Under the pieces are notes generated by a model that saw only the letters and a program-made list of their open reading frames with translations, had not been told where the DNA came from and made no database searches. Shown here in pieces: positions 1 through 8,759 of a stretch of 64,000 nt of DNA; position 1 is the first letter of the stretch, and every line of letters begins with the position of its first letter. The translations under genes and the position numbers were made by a program. The stretch covers positions 13,973-77,972 of the IMG/VR virus record IMGVR_UViG_3300013105_000004. The stretch is one strand, 5' to 3'. Source of the DNA: a virus (taxonomy: Duplodnaviria > Heunggongvirae > Uroviricota > Caudoviricetes).

Positions 1-96
1 GTGGAACGCTTCGAGGTCGCCTAAAAGCGCCGCAGGCGGGCCGCAAAAAATTTTTATGTGCCGGGAGTCCCGGCTTTTCAACCAAAGGAGAAGAAA

Positions 97-636
97 ATGA
101 GTGAAATTAACATGACCGCAATCGCGTACGCTTCCGGCTTCATGGTTGCCGCGCACGCGGGCCAGAAACGGAAATACACGGGCGAGGACTACGCCGTGCA
201 CCCGAAGCGTGTATGCGAGATTCTAGACGCTCACGGACACCGTGACATGGACGTGCTGGTTGCGGCACTACTGCACGATACGGTCGAGGACACGCACATC
301 ACGCAGGAACAGATCATCGAGTATTTCGGCAACGACGTGGCCGTCCTCGTGGGCTGGTTGACGAAAACGGAGTGGGATGCTCCAGCGCCGCCTCGTGCAG
401 AGCGCAAAGCGTTTGAAATCTCTCGCCTGAAGGAAGCCCCGGCCATCGTTAAGACGATCAAGCTGGCGGACCGATACGACAACCTGCCGTCCGTCATCGA
501 GCACGACCCGAAATTCGCTCCCGTCATCGTTGCGGAGACGCGTGAGCTGCTGGACGGAGCCCTCGTCGGCGGTTGCCCGGTATTGTGGGGTAAGCTGGAC
601 GAGATTGTCCGCAAATTTCAGCAACAAAAGGCTTGA
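97..636 (+). CDS. HD-domain (p)ppGpp/alarmone hydrolase-like protein (RelA/SpoT HD, small alarmone hydrolase type)
   Basis: HD motif region ...VHPKRV...LLHDTVEDT... typical of RelA/SpoT/Mesh1 hydrolase domain; RBS AAGGAGAAG 6 nt upstream of ATG at 97 (ORF track starts earlier at 58). Confidence 0.75.
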   Translation: MSEINMTAIAYASGFMVAAHAGQKRKYTGEDYAVHPKRVCEILDAHGHRDMDVLVAALLHDTVEDTHITQEQIIEYFGNDVAVLVGWLTKTEWDAPAPPRAERKAFEISRLKEAPAIVKTIKLADRYDNLPSVIEHDPKFAPVIVAETRELLDGALVGGCPVLWGKLDEIVRKFQQQKA

Positions 637-691
637 CGGAACGCGTAAGTAGCACTACAATCCTCTCTACCAACTAACCAAGGAGAACAGA

Positions 692-1096
692 ATGAACACG
701 ATGCAACAAGAATTCGACGCAGTTGTCGCCCACCTGTACGCGCAAGGTCGCCCCGCGATTGACAGGAGCAATCCAGAGACGGTCGCCTGCTTCTACCGCC
801 AGCCGAACTCCACAAATAAATGTGCAGTAGGTTGCCGTATCCCTGACGCGGTGTACACGCCCGAGATGGACAAATCCACGGACGAAGGCGGCACCAGCGT
901 CAGTAGTCTTATCAAACGCTTTGGTGATGTATTGCCGCCTGAAATCAAGGAATACGAAGAAATGTTCAGCAACTTGCAAGTTGTCCACGATAGCTGCTTG
1001 CAGAACAGTGACGGGACGTTCAATATCTCGCGCTTGAACGAAGAGCTGAGCAGAGTTGCACTCCGTTTCGACCTGACCTTCACCGTACCGCAATAA
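692..1096 (+). CDS. hypothetical protein (134 aa)
   Basis: ORF with conserved leader CCAACTAACCAAGGAGAACAGAATG. Confidence 0.6.
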   Translation: MNTMQQEFDAVVAHLYAQGRPAIDRSNPETVACFYRQPNSTNKCAVGCRIPDAVYTPEMDKSTDEGGTSVSSLIKRFGDVLPPEIKEYEEMFSNLQVVHDSCLQNSDGTFNISRLNEELSRVALRFDLTFTVPQ

Positions 1097-1106
1097 GGAG
1101 AGCAAA

Positions 1107-2315
1107 ATGCAAGAACGTACCACTGCCAAAATGGTCATCAACGAAGAGGGCGCACGCCCGATCAAAATCTGGACGAAGGATGTCGAGCCGGAAGCGCTGA
1201 CGCAGCTCAAGAACCTGTCCCGCCTGCCGTTCATCGCCAAAGAAGGCGTGGCATGCATGCCGGATGTCCACGCGGGCATCGGTTCGACGGTCGGCACGGT
1301 CATTGCGACGGACAAAGCTGTCATCCCGGCTGCTGTCGGCGTCGATATCGGTTGCGGCATGGTCGCTACCCGCCTGTCCCTGAAGGCACACCAGCTTCCG
1401 GACTCGCTGGCACGCATCCGCAGCGAAATCGAACGTGTCGTCCCGATGGGCACTGGCGGCGAACACAAAGATTACCAACGTGGTAACACTGCCCTGTTCG
1501 GCAAGATGCCTGAGAGTGTTTCCGCTGTGTTTGGCGGAGACGGTTTGAAAGCTATCGTCAAGGGAGGCAAGCAGATCGGCACGCTCGGCTCCGGCAACCA
1601 CTTCATCGAAATCTGTATCGACCAGAATGACGATGTATGGGTCATGCTGCACTCCGGCTCCCGTGGTATCGGCAACATGATCGGTACGTATTACATCAAC
1701 AAGGGAAAGGAGCTGATGAACCAGTTCCACATTACCCTACCGGATGGCGATCTGGCCTACCTGCCGGAAGGGACCGACCTGTTCGAAGACTACGTGGCTG
1801 CTGTCCAGTGGGCACAGGACTATGCGATGGAAAACCGCAAGGCGATGCTGCAAGCCGTGCTGGACGTGCTTCGCAAGGAGATTCCGGTAACGTTCGGCAT
1901 CACAGAAGAGGCGATCAACTGCCACCACAACTACGTTACGAAGGAGAACCACTTTGGGAAGAATCTCTGGATTACCCGAAAGGGAGCCATTAAAGCGGGG
2001 AAAGACGATCTGGGCATCATTCCCGGAAGCATGGGCCAGCGTTCTTATATTGTGCGAGGCCGGGGAAACAAGGAATCGTATTGTTCGTGCTCTCACGGAG
2101 CGGGGCGTAAGATGTCTCGAAGCGCCGCCCGAAAGAAGTTCACCCTCGCTGACCTTGCCGCTCAGACCGCAGGAGTGGAATGCCGAAAGGACGACGCCGT
2201 ACTGGACGAGATTCCGGGCTCGTACAAGGACATCGACGTGGTGATGGACAACCAGAAGTCCCTCGTGGAAGTGGTGCACGTCCTGAAGCAAGTGATGTGC
2301 TGCAAGGGAGCGTAA
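1107..2315 (+). CDS. rtcB: RtcB family RNA 3'-phosphate/5'-OH ligase
   Basis: 402 aa; motifs MPDVHAG, GSGNHFIE, CSHGAGR match RtcB active-site signatures; RBS AAGGAGAGCAAAATG. Confidence 0.9.
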   Translation: MQERTTAKMVINEEGARPIKIWTKDVEPEALTQLKNLSRLPFIAKEGVACMPDVHAGIGSTVGTVIATDKAVIPAAVGVDIGCGMVATRLSLKAHQLPDSLARIRSEIERVVPMGTGGEHKDYQRGNTALFGKMPESVSAVFGGDGLKAIVKGGKQIGTLGSGNHFIEICIDQNDDVWVMLHSGSRGIGNMIGTYYINKGKELMNQFHITLPDGDLAYLPEGTDLFEDYVAAVQWAQDYAMENRKAMLQAVLDVLRKEIPVTFGITEEAINCHHNYVTKENHFGKNLWITRKGAIKAGKDDLGIIPGSMGQRSYIVRGRGNKESYCSCSHGAGRKMSRSAARKKFTLADLAAQTAGVECRKDDAVLDEIPGSYKDIDVVMDNQKSLVEVVHVLKQVMCCKGA

Positions 2316-2316
2316 C

Positions 2317-2559
2317 GTGGATGTCGATGAGCTGAAAATCAGGCAGCGAGAGGCCGATGAGTTCTGCGTAGCGCACCTTATGGAGTGTTGCCGGGAACTC
2401 GTGGAGTGGTCAAGAACTGGCATACTCTGCGAAGGTAAGGTGCGTAAGCTGGCTACCATGTTTGCACATTGCTCGGACAGTGAGATGACGCAGTTGCGCA
2501 TCGCTGAACGTACCGTCCAGATGGCAGCGGTTGAACTCGTAGGCTTGAGAGGGATTTGA
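2317..2559 (+). CDS. hypothetical protein (80 aa, GTG start)
   Basis: ORF immediately after rtcB stop; RBS AAGGGAGCG upstream of GTG. Confidence 0.45.
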   Translation: MDVDELKIRQREADEFCVAHLMECCRELVEWSRTGILCEGKVRKLATMFAHCSDSEMTQLRIAERTVQMAAVELVGLRGI

Positions 2560-2768
2560 TGCGACTGCTACTGGCCCTGCTGGTAGTGTTGCTTACGGGC
2601 TGTGGCGGAGGGAATGTTCCTCCGTCCGCCTGCCACTACGAGCCTGTCAACATACAAGAGCTGCGCAGGGAATGTCACCCGGTCGGGAACGACCCTTGCG
2701 CTTACGTAACAATGGACGAATACACGTACAAGGCGGCGAACGTCGTGTGCGAAGGAGAAAAGAAATGA
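2559..2768 (+). CDS. small lipoprotein (signal peptide + lipobox LTGC)
   Basis: N-terminus MRLLLALLVVLLTGCGGG = type II signal peptide; RBS GAGAGGGA. Confidence 0.6.
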   Translation: MRLLLALLVVLLTGCGGGNVPPSACHYEPVNIQELRRECHPVGNDPCAYVTMDEYTYKAANVVCEGEKK

Positions 2769-2956
2769 ATGTGAAATTGGCTGCGAAGGCCGTAACATAT
2801 ACGGTAGCGTTGATGGTAGCGGTTGCTATCTGCATGCTGCTGATGTTTTGGACGAAAGGTTTGTTCGCAATCCTGTTCGTTTTCGGTTTCGTGACGTGGT
2901 TCATGTACGTAACGCTGGAACGGCGTGAACGCATGAAAAAGCGGAGGTTGTCATGA
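2765..2956 (+). CDS. small membrane protein (2 TM)
   Basis: internal ATG with RBS GAAGGAGAAAAGAAATG; hydrophobic segments. Confidence 0.55.
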   Translation: MNVKLAAKAVTYTVALMVAVAICMLLMFWTKGLFAILFVFGFVTWFMYVTLERRERMKKRRLS

Positions 2957-3036
2957 TCGGCGTCGTATTCGCGTTCCTGCTGGGTTGCGTACTCGGCTTC
3001 AGCCTCGGCGGACTGTTCGAAGCGGGGAAGAAATGA
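2953..3036 (+). CDS. putative 27-aa hydrophobic peptide
   Basis: ATGA-overlap with previous gene, RBS GCGGAGG; MIGVVFAFLLGCVLGFSLGGLFEAGKK. Confidence 0.3.
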   Translation: MIGVVFAFLLGCVLGFSLGGLFEAGKK

Positions 3037-3206
3037 ACGCTGTCAACCACGGCGGTTGGAACGTAGAGTGGCTTACCAAGGACGGGCGTGGATGGATTCA
3101 GTTCGCTGGTCCGTACGAAGATAAGCGGGAAGCGAAGCGTGTCTGCGATGCATGGAAAATTACCAGCCCGAAGATTGAGTTCCGGGTGTACGAAGAGTTG
3201 ACATAA
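3033..3206 (+). CDS. hypothetical protein (57 aa)
   Basis: in-frame ATG within ORF 2985..3206, translationally coupled. Confidence 0.45.
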   Translation: MNAVNHGGWNVEWLTKDGRGWIQFAGPYEDKREAKRVCDAWKITSPKIEFRVYEELT

Positions 3207-3217
3207 AGGAGAATTAG

Positions 3218-3451
3218 ATGAACAAACTGAAAGAAATCGCAACCGTAGCATTGGGGCTCATCCTGATGAATGACTTCACCCGCTTCCTGTTCACGGGACT
3301 GGCTGCAATCGCTGCTTTCGCTCTGCTGGTGTTCCTCGTCATGACGTTCAAGGTAGTAGCGTTCCTCTTCTTCTGGGGTATGGCGCTGGCGTTGGGCGCA
3401 GCAGTGGCGATGGCCGTGGGCTACATGGTCTGGGCCATGATCGAATCATGA
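3218..3451 (+). CDS. membrane protein (77 aa, 2-3 TM)
   Basis: RBS AAGGAGAATTAGATG; strongly hydrophobic. Confidence 0.6.
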   Translation: MNKLKEIATVALGLILMNDFTRFLFTGLAAIAAFALLVFLVMTFKVVAFLFFWGMALALGAAVAMAVGYMVWAMIES

Positions 3452-3615
3452 ACGGGCTACCCTACAAGGACACGTTCGCTGCGAAGGGTAGCGAACTCTT
3501 CCGTGCACTGACGGAAGGCCCGGAGAAAGACCGGGCGAAGGCAGCTAAGGCTGTTTACGATGCAACCACGGAACGTATGTACGCTCTGCTGAAACCAAAG
3601 GAGAAGGTATCATGA
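3448..3615 (+). CDS. hypothetical protein (55 aa)
   Basis: ATGA overlap with previous and next genes; not in ORF track (<60 aa). Confidence 0.35.
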   Translation: MNGLPYKDTFAAKGSELFRALTEGPEKDRAKAAKAVYDATTERMYALLKPKEKVS

Positions 3616-3938
3616 CAAACTACAAATTCGAGGTAGGACAGCGAGTCCAGATTCACGGACTGCCTGATTTCTCCGCCGACTGCATCTACAACGGCATGGA
3701 AGGTACGATTGTATCGCTCCCCGGTTTCAACCCTATTGCGAAGAAAGCGTATGCCGTCCTCATCGACGGCCGTGGCATCGAGCTTGCTATCGATACGTAC
3801 CTCCGACTCGCTCCGCCGCAGGACCGTAAAGACCTTGACAAGAAAACGTCGTGGGCAGAGTTCGATGCGACCACTGGCTACCGTTCCATCCGGTTCCGTC
3901 GTTCCAATCCGGGCGTGTCCGGGGACACGGATTATTGA
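3612..3938 (+). CDS. hypothetical protein (108 aa)
   Basis: RBS AAGGAGAAGGTATCATG. Confidence 0.55.
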   Translation: MTNYKFEVGQRVQIHGLPDFSADCIYNGMEGTIVSLPGFNPIAKKAYAVLIDGRGIELAIDTYLRLAPPQDRKDLDKKTSWAEFDATTGYRSIRFRRSNPGVSGDTDY

Positions 3939-3941
3939 CGT

Positions 3942-4142
3942 ATGGCCCAAACCAAGGAGAAATACGAATACGAGGCTCACACCTTCGACCTCCGGGTCGG
4001 AGGGAAGCAATGGTGTACTGGCTGTGGACTCGTCGGCCTGAACAACCCGTTCACCGACTGGGCCGTACGTATGGGTTGCAACCATCGGCTCCATCCCTCG
4101 TACGATAACAAACGCTACGAGCTTACCAAACTTTTCGATTGA
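3942..4142 (+). CDS. hypothetical Cys-containing small protein (CxxC)
   Basis: RBS CCAAGGAGAAATACG... ; CTGCG motif. Confidence 0.5.
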   Translation: MAQTKEKYEYEAHTFDLRVGGKQWCTGCGLVGLNNPFTDWAVRMGCNHRLHPSYDNKRYELTKLFD

Positions 4143-4339
4143 AAGGAAAACATGCTAGCTTCCCTATTGGCTCGCCTCCGCGAGCTTTTCAGGAACGACA
4201 GGATGCCGCCTACCGGCATGGCTCCCGCTTGAGTCCGCTCAAAACGTTCCGGCCCAATGGGCATAACATTCCTCTTGCCCGTCTCCATCCGGGTGTTCCA
4301 TCCGGGGCTCACGCCGACCTCGTACCGATGGAACCTTTC

Positions 4340-4366
4340 GCCCCGCCTCGTGTGGGGCTTTTTATT
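4340..4366 (+). terminator. Rho-independent terminator (GCCCC-loop-GGGGC + TTTTTATT)
   Basis: GC hairpin followed by T-run ~200 nt downstream of last + strand early gene. Confidence 0.6.
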
Positions 4367-4382
4367 GCCCGAAACAATCGTA

Positions 4383-4412
4383 ACTCCTTGATTTTACTAA
4401 AAAAATTTTTAG
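4383..4412. other. AT-rich tract (ttttactaaaaaaatttttagaaat)
   Basis: sharp local AT enrichment adjacent to palindrome array; possible DNA unwinding element. Confidence 0.35.
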
Positions 4413-4659
4413 AAATACGGCCTCTTCCGCAACGTCCATCGCCAATGGCGAAAATTTATCACGCCAATACGGCAACTTTTTCAAGCTTTCTCCTATGAAA
4501 CACGTTCTCGAAGATATGCTCGAAAAGGGTAAAAACCTCGGAGGGCGAGGGGATGGCTTAACCCGTCGCCGGGGGCGTGTTTTGGGGTCTGGAACGCACC
4601 AGAAATATCACAGAGGGGCCGTCAGGGGTCGGACAGGGGAAATGCCATCGGCACAGAGA

Positions 4660-5605
4660 ACGGCGCTATGGCCCCTCTAAACGCGTCTATGGGCCTGTGT
4701 ATAAAACCTAGAGGAACGTCTGGTCTGTGGACATCCGCCATACCAATGTGGACAACTTTCTAGGCCATTGGCCCGTGCATGCGCCTACGGCTTGCGTACA
4801 GGCCCGTAGAGGGCCGAACGATGTCCCGTTGATGTCCGCACTAGGGCACGATCTGTAAACGCCTCATAGCTCGTTTAAACGATTATAGTTCTGGCCTATG
4901 GCCTAGTGCCAGTCGATAGGGTTTGGCTGGGGCCAATGGCCCATGTATGCAATTTCCGTGCCAAGAAAGAGCGTTTCAATGTGCCGGGGCTAAACAACCC
5001 CGCCGCCCGTCTGTCATTGGATACACATATGAGCATGTCTAGTGCCATAGGCACAGGTTATTATGTACCTGCCCTATGGGCATGGCGTATGCCATAACCT
5101 ATGGCTATGTGCTATTAATTCGCCGTAGGCGATAGTATTTCTGTATGAGGGGATGATATAGGGATGATGAATAGATAGGACTAGGGCCAATGGCCTAGCC
5201 GTATAAGGGGCCAATGGCCCATGTTTGACCCCGTTCAAGGGGTCAAGGGGAGGGAAGAGGGACGAGGGGCCATAGGCCCATGAGATATGTTCTGTGCCTA
5301 TGGCACTAGAGTATGTTGATAACCGTTGCGAATAACAGCCCTGTATGTACGAATGAATAGAGGCGTTTAGAGGCGTTTAAACGGGCTCGCCTATGCCAGC
5401 GTACCAGCGTGATAGCGTTCGTTGAATGTAGGCCCGTTCTGATGCGTCCTAGGGCCATTGGCCCATGTAGCGCTACGTACCATATGCGGATGGGCCTTGC
5501 AGACAGGGCTGTATGAGGGGTCAAGTACCAGTACGTGAGTCATCAAGTATTGACTAAAAGAAATGGCCCGGTACAGCTTACGCCGTCCGGGCCTTTGGCC
5601 TATTC
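4660..5605. repeat. array of ~12 GGCC-(A/T)3-GGCC palindromic sites (e.g. GGGGCCAATGGCCCATG x2 identical 17-mers at 4928 and 5207)
   Basis: copies at ~4760, 4814, 4896, 4930, 5056, 5091, 5190, 5207, 5265, 5298, 5450, 5590; both orientations. Confidence 0.7.
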
Positions 5606-5974
5606 GCCTATTTCCAGTTCCACCAAATCCGGGATGTTCACCCAAAGCATGCCGGAACGATCGTTATCGTAAATCCGCATACCTGCATTAGTAGCATCAA
5701 TGAGCATAACGTTAGAAGCGTGGACGGTGTAATCCTGGCCGTTCTGGTGCGTGTACGTGTATTCGGCCGTGACGGGGGCTGCATCCTCACGCGTAATCGT
5801 GATGTCCGTAATTTCCGATAAAAGCGGACCATGCACGATATTATCGTTAGCCGTGAATACGATTCGCTTTCCGCCAGCCGGGTACGGCGTTAGATGAATC
5901 TTTTCAACGTTGCTTACTTTGACGCTGAAAAGGAGCCCGGTATAGCGGCATTTAAAGCCGTAGTCGATTTTCAT
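5600..5974 (-). CDS. hypothetical protein (124 aa)
   Basis: ATG at 5974 with RBS AAAGGAAA; ORF track uses upstream TTG. Confidence 0.55.
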   Translation of the reverse strand: MKIDYGFKCRYTGLLFSVKVSNVEKIHLTPYPAGGKRIVFTANDNIVHGPLLSEITDITITREDAAPVTAEYTYTHQNGQDYTVHASNVMLIDATNAGMRIYDNDRSGMLWVNIPDLVELEIGE

Positions 5975-5985
5975 TTGATTTCCTT

Positions 5986-6588
5986 TCAAATCGTGATTTG
6001 AGTAATGATGTCTTTAATGCACATTGCCATAAATTCAGCTTCGGACAGAATAAGCGTTTTGACGTCTTCCGCATCCCGTTCACGGAAATACGGTGCATCT
6101 TTGTAATTGACGCTAACGCGCACGGTAATGGTTTTCTCTTTCTCTTCCCAGTATGAGCCCGGATAACCAGACGCATACATTTGGATTTGGATTAGTGCAC
6201 CGTCTGAGAACCAATCATTTTCGTATTCATACCATGCATCAAGTAATTCATCGTCCGTCTGAAAGTCAAAATCAGACGGCAACTCCTTATCAGACTTGAA
6301 CGCGTTAAAACAATCTTTGGATTGCTCATTAACGAAGTCTGTCTGTTTCTCCGTGATGTGGAAGGACGAATCCAAATTAGACATAACAAGCAATGAGACG
6401 CTAAATCCACCGTCTTGACGCGGCATCCATCCGCTAACGTAATTGCCTTCAATCTCGGACAATTGAACATCGCCGTATGCCTCACAACGATGTGTGACGA
6501 CATCGGAAAACGATAATTGAATGTTCGTTGCGAGAACATGCAATTTATCCTGTACCAGTGCAGGAACAGACGATTTAAAGTTTTTCAT
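5986..6588 (-). CDS. hypothetical protein (200 aa)
   Basis: start MKNFKSS at 6588; upstream part of track ORF overlaps next gene and is discounted. Confidence 0.55.
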   Translation of the reverse strand: MKNFKSSVPALVQDKLHVLATNIQLSFSDVVTHRCEAYGDVQLSEIEGNYVSGWMPRQDGGFSVSLLVMSNLDSSFHITEKQTDFVNEQSKDCFNAFKSDKELPSDFDFQTDDELLDAWYEYENDWFSDGALIQIQMYASGYPGSYWEEKEKTITVRVSVNYKDAPYFRERDAEDVKTLILSEAEFMAMCIKDIITQITI

Positions 6589-6589
6589 G

Positions 6590-6916
6590 TTATTCGCCTT
6601 TCTTTGATAACAACATGGTTGCGGCAAACTTGATTGCCGTATCTTCCGGGTTCCATTCGTAATGCGGTTTGGAGATTTGCCCGGAGATGCTACGCGATTG
6701 CGAGTAATACAGTTGTTCCGTGTCGGCGTCCAAAACTTCAGCGTACGTTGCCCCGTATTTGTTGATTTGGAGATTGCGCACGACGTTAAGGCCCGCTTCA
6801 AACAGGTTAGAGCCATGCGTCACTTTCACGATTTCATTACGGAACACGTAACGGGTTTTCAGGCGCAACGGCGCATCTTTGGTTTTGCCGTTGTTCATTA
6901 CGATTTTGCTAGTCAT
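6590..6916 (-). CDS. hypothetical protein (108 aa)
   Basis: RBS AAGAGGAAATAACATG. Confidence 0.55.
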   Translation of the reverse strand: MTSKIVMNNGKTKDAPLRLKTRYVFRNEIVKVTHGSNLFEAGLNVVRNLQINKYGATYAEVLDADTEQLYYSQSRSISGQISKPHYEWNPEDTAIKFAATMLLSKKGE

Positions 6917-6932
6917 GTTATTTCCTCTTGGT

Positions 6933-7193
6933 TCAATTGATTACTTGGTATGAAATGAGATTGCATTCGGTATCGCCTTTGATACCGGCAATCTTCGTTT
7001 TTGTATTGATGCAAAACGTCCTAGTCATCGTGTACAGCTTATCGCCCACGATACGCGACGGAATCGCTTTGCTAACCGTTTTGCCATTAGGCCGGATGAT
7101 TTCAATATCGGCCAATGCGTTAATCTTGCGAGCGTTGCCGCTACGCATGCGAGTTTGTTTCATGTTCGGTCCTACGTTAAGAGAATCTGACAT
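6933..7193 (-). CDS. hypothetical protein (86 aa)
   Basis: ORF; start overlaps conserved hairpin, true start may be internal M. Confidence 0.4.
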   Translation of the reverse strand: MSDSLNVGPNMKQTRMRSGNARKINALADIEIIRPNGKTVSKAIPSRIVGDKLYTMTRTFCINTKTKIAGIKGDTECNLISYQVIN

Positions 7194-7226
7194 AGCGCAC
7201 GATGCATGCGCTATAGCTGATTAGCT

Positions 7227-7535
7227 CTAGTCCTCATCAAATCCGAAATTGCGCTTTTCTTCGTCCGTCATCAGGTCAGGACAAAGCGCCCACAAATCAC
7301 CATCTTGATGCAACGTCCAACGCCTGCCGTCCTTTTCGTAATAGGCGTTGTTTAGTACAGTTTCCCATGCTTCCCAGTAAAATTCCGTTTCCGGGCCGTT
7401 TGCGAGAATACCTCTATCGTCCATCGACACATGCCAGTCAACAGCGTTAAATGCTTCTACGAAGTTTTGCGGAATGTAAATGCCTCGTGCCGAATCAAGC
7501 AAAAGAGAAACGGCCGGAATTGGTGCGATGTTCAT
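7227..7535 (-). CDS. hypothetical protein (102 aa)
   Basis: ORF in early operon. Confidence 0.5.
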   Translation of the reverse strand: MNIAPIPAVSLLLDSARGIYIPQNFVEAFNAVDWHVSMDDRGILANGPETEFYWEAWETVLNNAYYEKDGRRWTLHQDGDLWALCPDLMTDEEKRNFGFDED

Positions 7536-7582
7536 TTCGATTTACCTTTCATTGGTGAAATTGTCGCTCATTTGAATTCCCC

Positions 7583-8197
7583 TTAGATAGTATTGCCGTC
7601 GATGTCGAATTCATATTCATTAGCGACAATCATTTCTTCGATTGCCTCATCCGACATTTGATAATCGTATTCATCATTCAGGCGTTTATAAATCCAATCG
7701 GCAAAGTCTCGCAACGCTTGTGTAACGTCATCCTCTACCGATTCGATATTGCGGTAATCATCGCCGTTATACGATACGTCAACAGACATACAACCCGAAT
7801 GTTGATAATGCCCGCGTTGCTTCGTGGTTGCCGATAGGCGATAGAAGCAACGTTTCTGAATCGCTTGCAATTCCTTTGCGATACGCTGCAATTCAGTATC
7901 TTGAGGGGCGTACGCTTTGACAGCCTGATATGCCCCTTTAGCGTAGCTGTAGCGTCCCTCAAAACATGCCCCGTCACCTTGTGACGCGAACCCGCTAAAG
8001 TAAATCGACGGGGTATGTTTGCCTTTACGGTCCAATTCGATACCGATAAGCTTTGCCACGCTATCCGCATCAGAATAAACGTCGTCATACCAATCGCTAT
8101 CCGTGCACGTGTTCTCCCGCATCCAGTCGCGTGCTTTGGATTTGGCATCGTCGGACAGCTCGTCATACTTGAAAACGTCTTTAATGATTTGTCGCAT
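7583..8197 (-). CDS. hypothetical acidic protein (204 aa)
   Basis: RBS ACGAGGTATCAAAATG; adjacent to ArdA-like gene; function unknown. Confidence 0.55.
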   Translation of the reverse strand: MRQIIKDVFKYDELSDDAKSKARDWMRENTCTDSDWYDDVYSDADSVAKLIGIELDRKGKHTPSIYFSGFASQGDGACFEGRYSYAKGAYQAVKAYAPQDTELQRIAKELQAIQKRCFYRLSATTKQRGHYQHSGCMSVDVSYNGDDYRNIESVEDDVTQALRDFADWIYKRLNDEYDYQMSDEAIEEMIVANEYEFDIDGNTI

Positions 8198-8262
8198 TTT
8201 GATACCTCGTGTTAGTTAATCCGTAAATGCCCACGTTTGATAATGGGCATTGGCTGATTAGC

Positions 8263-8748
8263 TTATCGGTCGTAGAAATAATAACCGTCGTTTTCAAAGA
8301 ATCCGGACATTAGCAATTCTCTTGAGTAGTGTTCCCAGTCGATATAAGAAAACATAGGGTGATTATCATCAATCATTCCGGAATCAACTGCGTATTCCAT
8401 ACCGAAGTCACTAGGCGAATCATACTTACCACGAAACGCATCACGGGCCGTCTCGAAATCCGCATCACCACAGTTGCCGATATACGCCGCCCACATTTCC
8501 CGGTCTGATTCGTCCAATGCGGCAAGCTCGAAAACCTTTTCGTCAATCGATGATTCGGAAATCAAATCGTTTGGAATGTCTTCCCAATCTTGAAACATGA
8601 ATTCCGGATCGCTTTCCATCGCATGCAATTCCTTGCATGCATCGTAGAATTCGTCTCTATCGGCGTAATCTTCAATGTCCAGCCATGCACCGTAAAGATT
8701 GCCGCTATTGTATTTGCCGTACGTGCCGACATAAACGCGCATAGTCAT
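8263..8748 (-). CDS. ardA: ArdA-like anti-restriction protein
   Basis: N-terminus VYVGTYGKYNSGNLYGAWLD.. resembles ArdA VYIANLGKYNEGELVGAWF; acidic DNA-mimic-like composition. Confidence 0.65.
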   Translation of the reverse strand: MTMRVYVGTYGKYNSGNLYGAWLDIEDYADRDEFYDACKELHAMESDPEFMFQDWEDIPNDLISESSIDEKVFELAALDESDREMWAAYIGNCGDADFETARDAFRGKYDSPSDFGMEYAVDSGMIDDNHPMFSYIDWEHYSRELLMSGFFENDGYYFYDR

Positions 8749-8759
8749 TTCATTCCCCC

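Noticed and set aside
231-2501. Long antisense ORFs (231..614-, 268..627-, 674..1468-, 1080..1730-, 1737..2501-) opposite the HD and RtcB genes
   Set aside because: They overlap genes with clear domain signatures and conserved RBS/leader. They are Arg/Ser/Pro-rich with no RBS, as expected for antisense frames in ~55% GC DNA.
4139-5645. ORFs 4139..4498+, 4906..5097+, 5306..5524-, 5391..5645- inside the palindrome array
   Set aside because: No RBS. They run through the terminator and the repeated palindromes, so they are most likely non-coding regulatory DNA.
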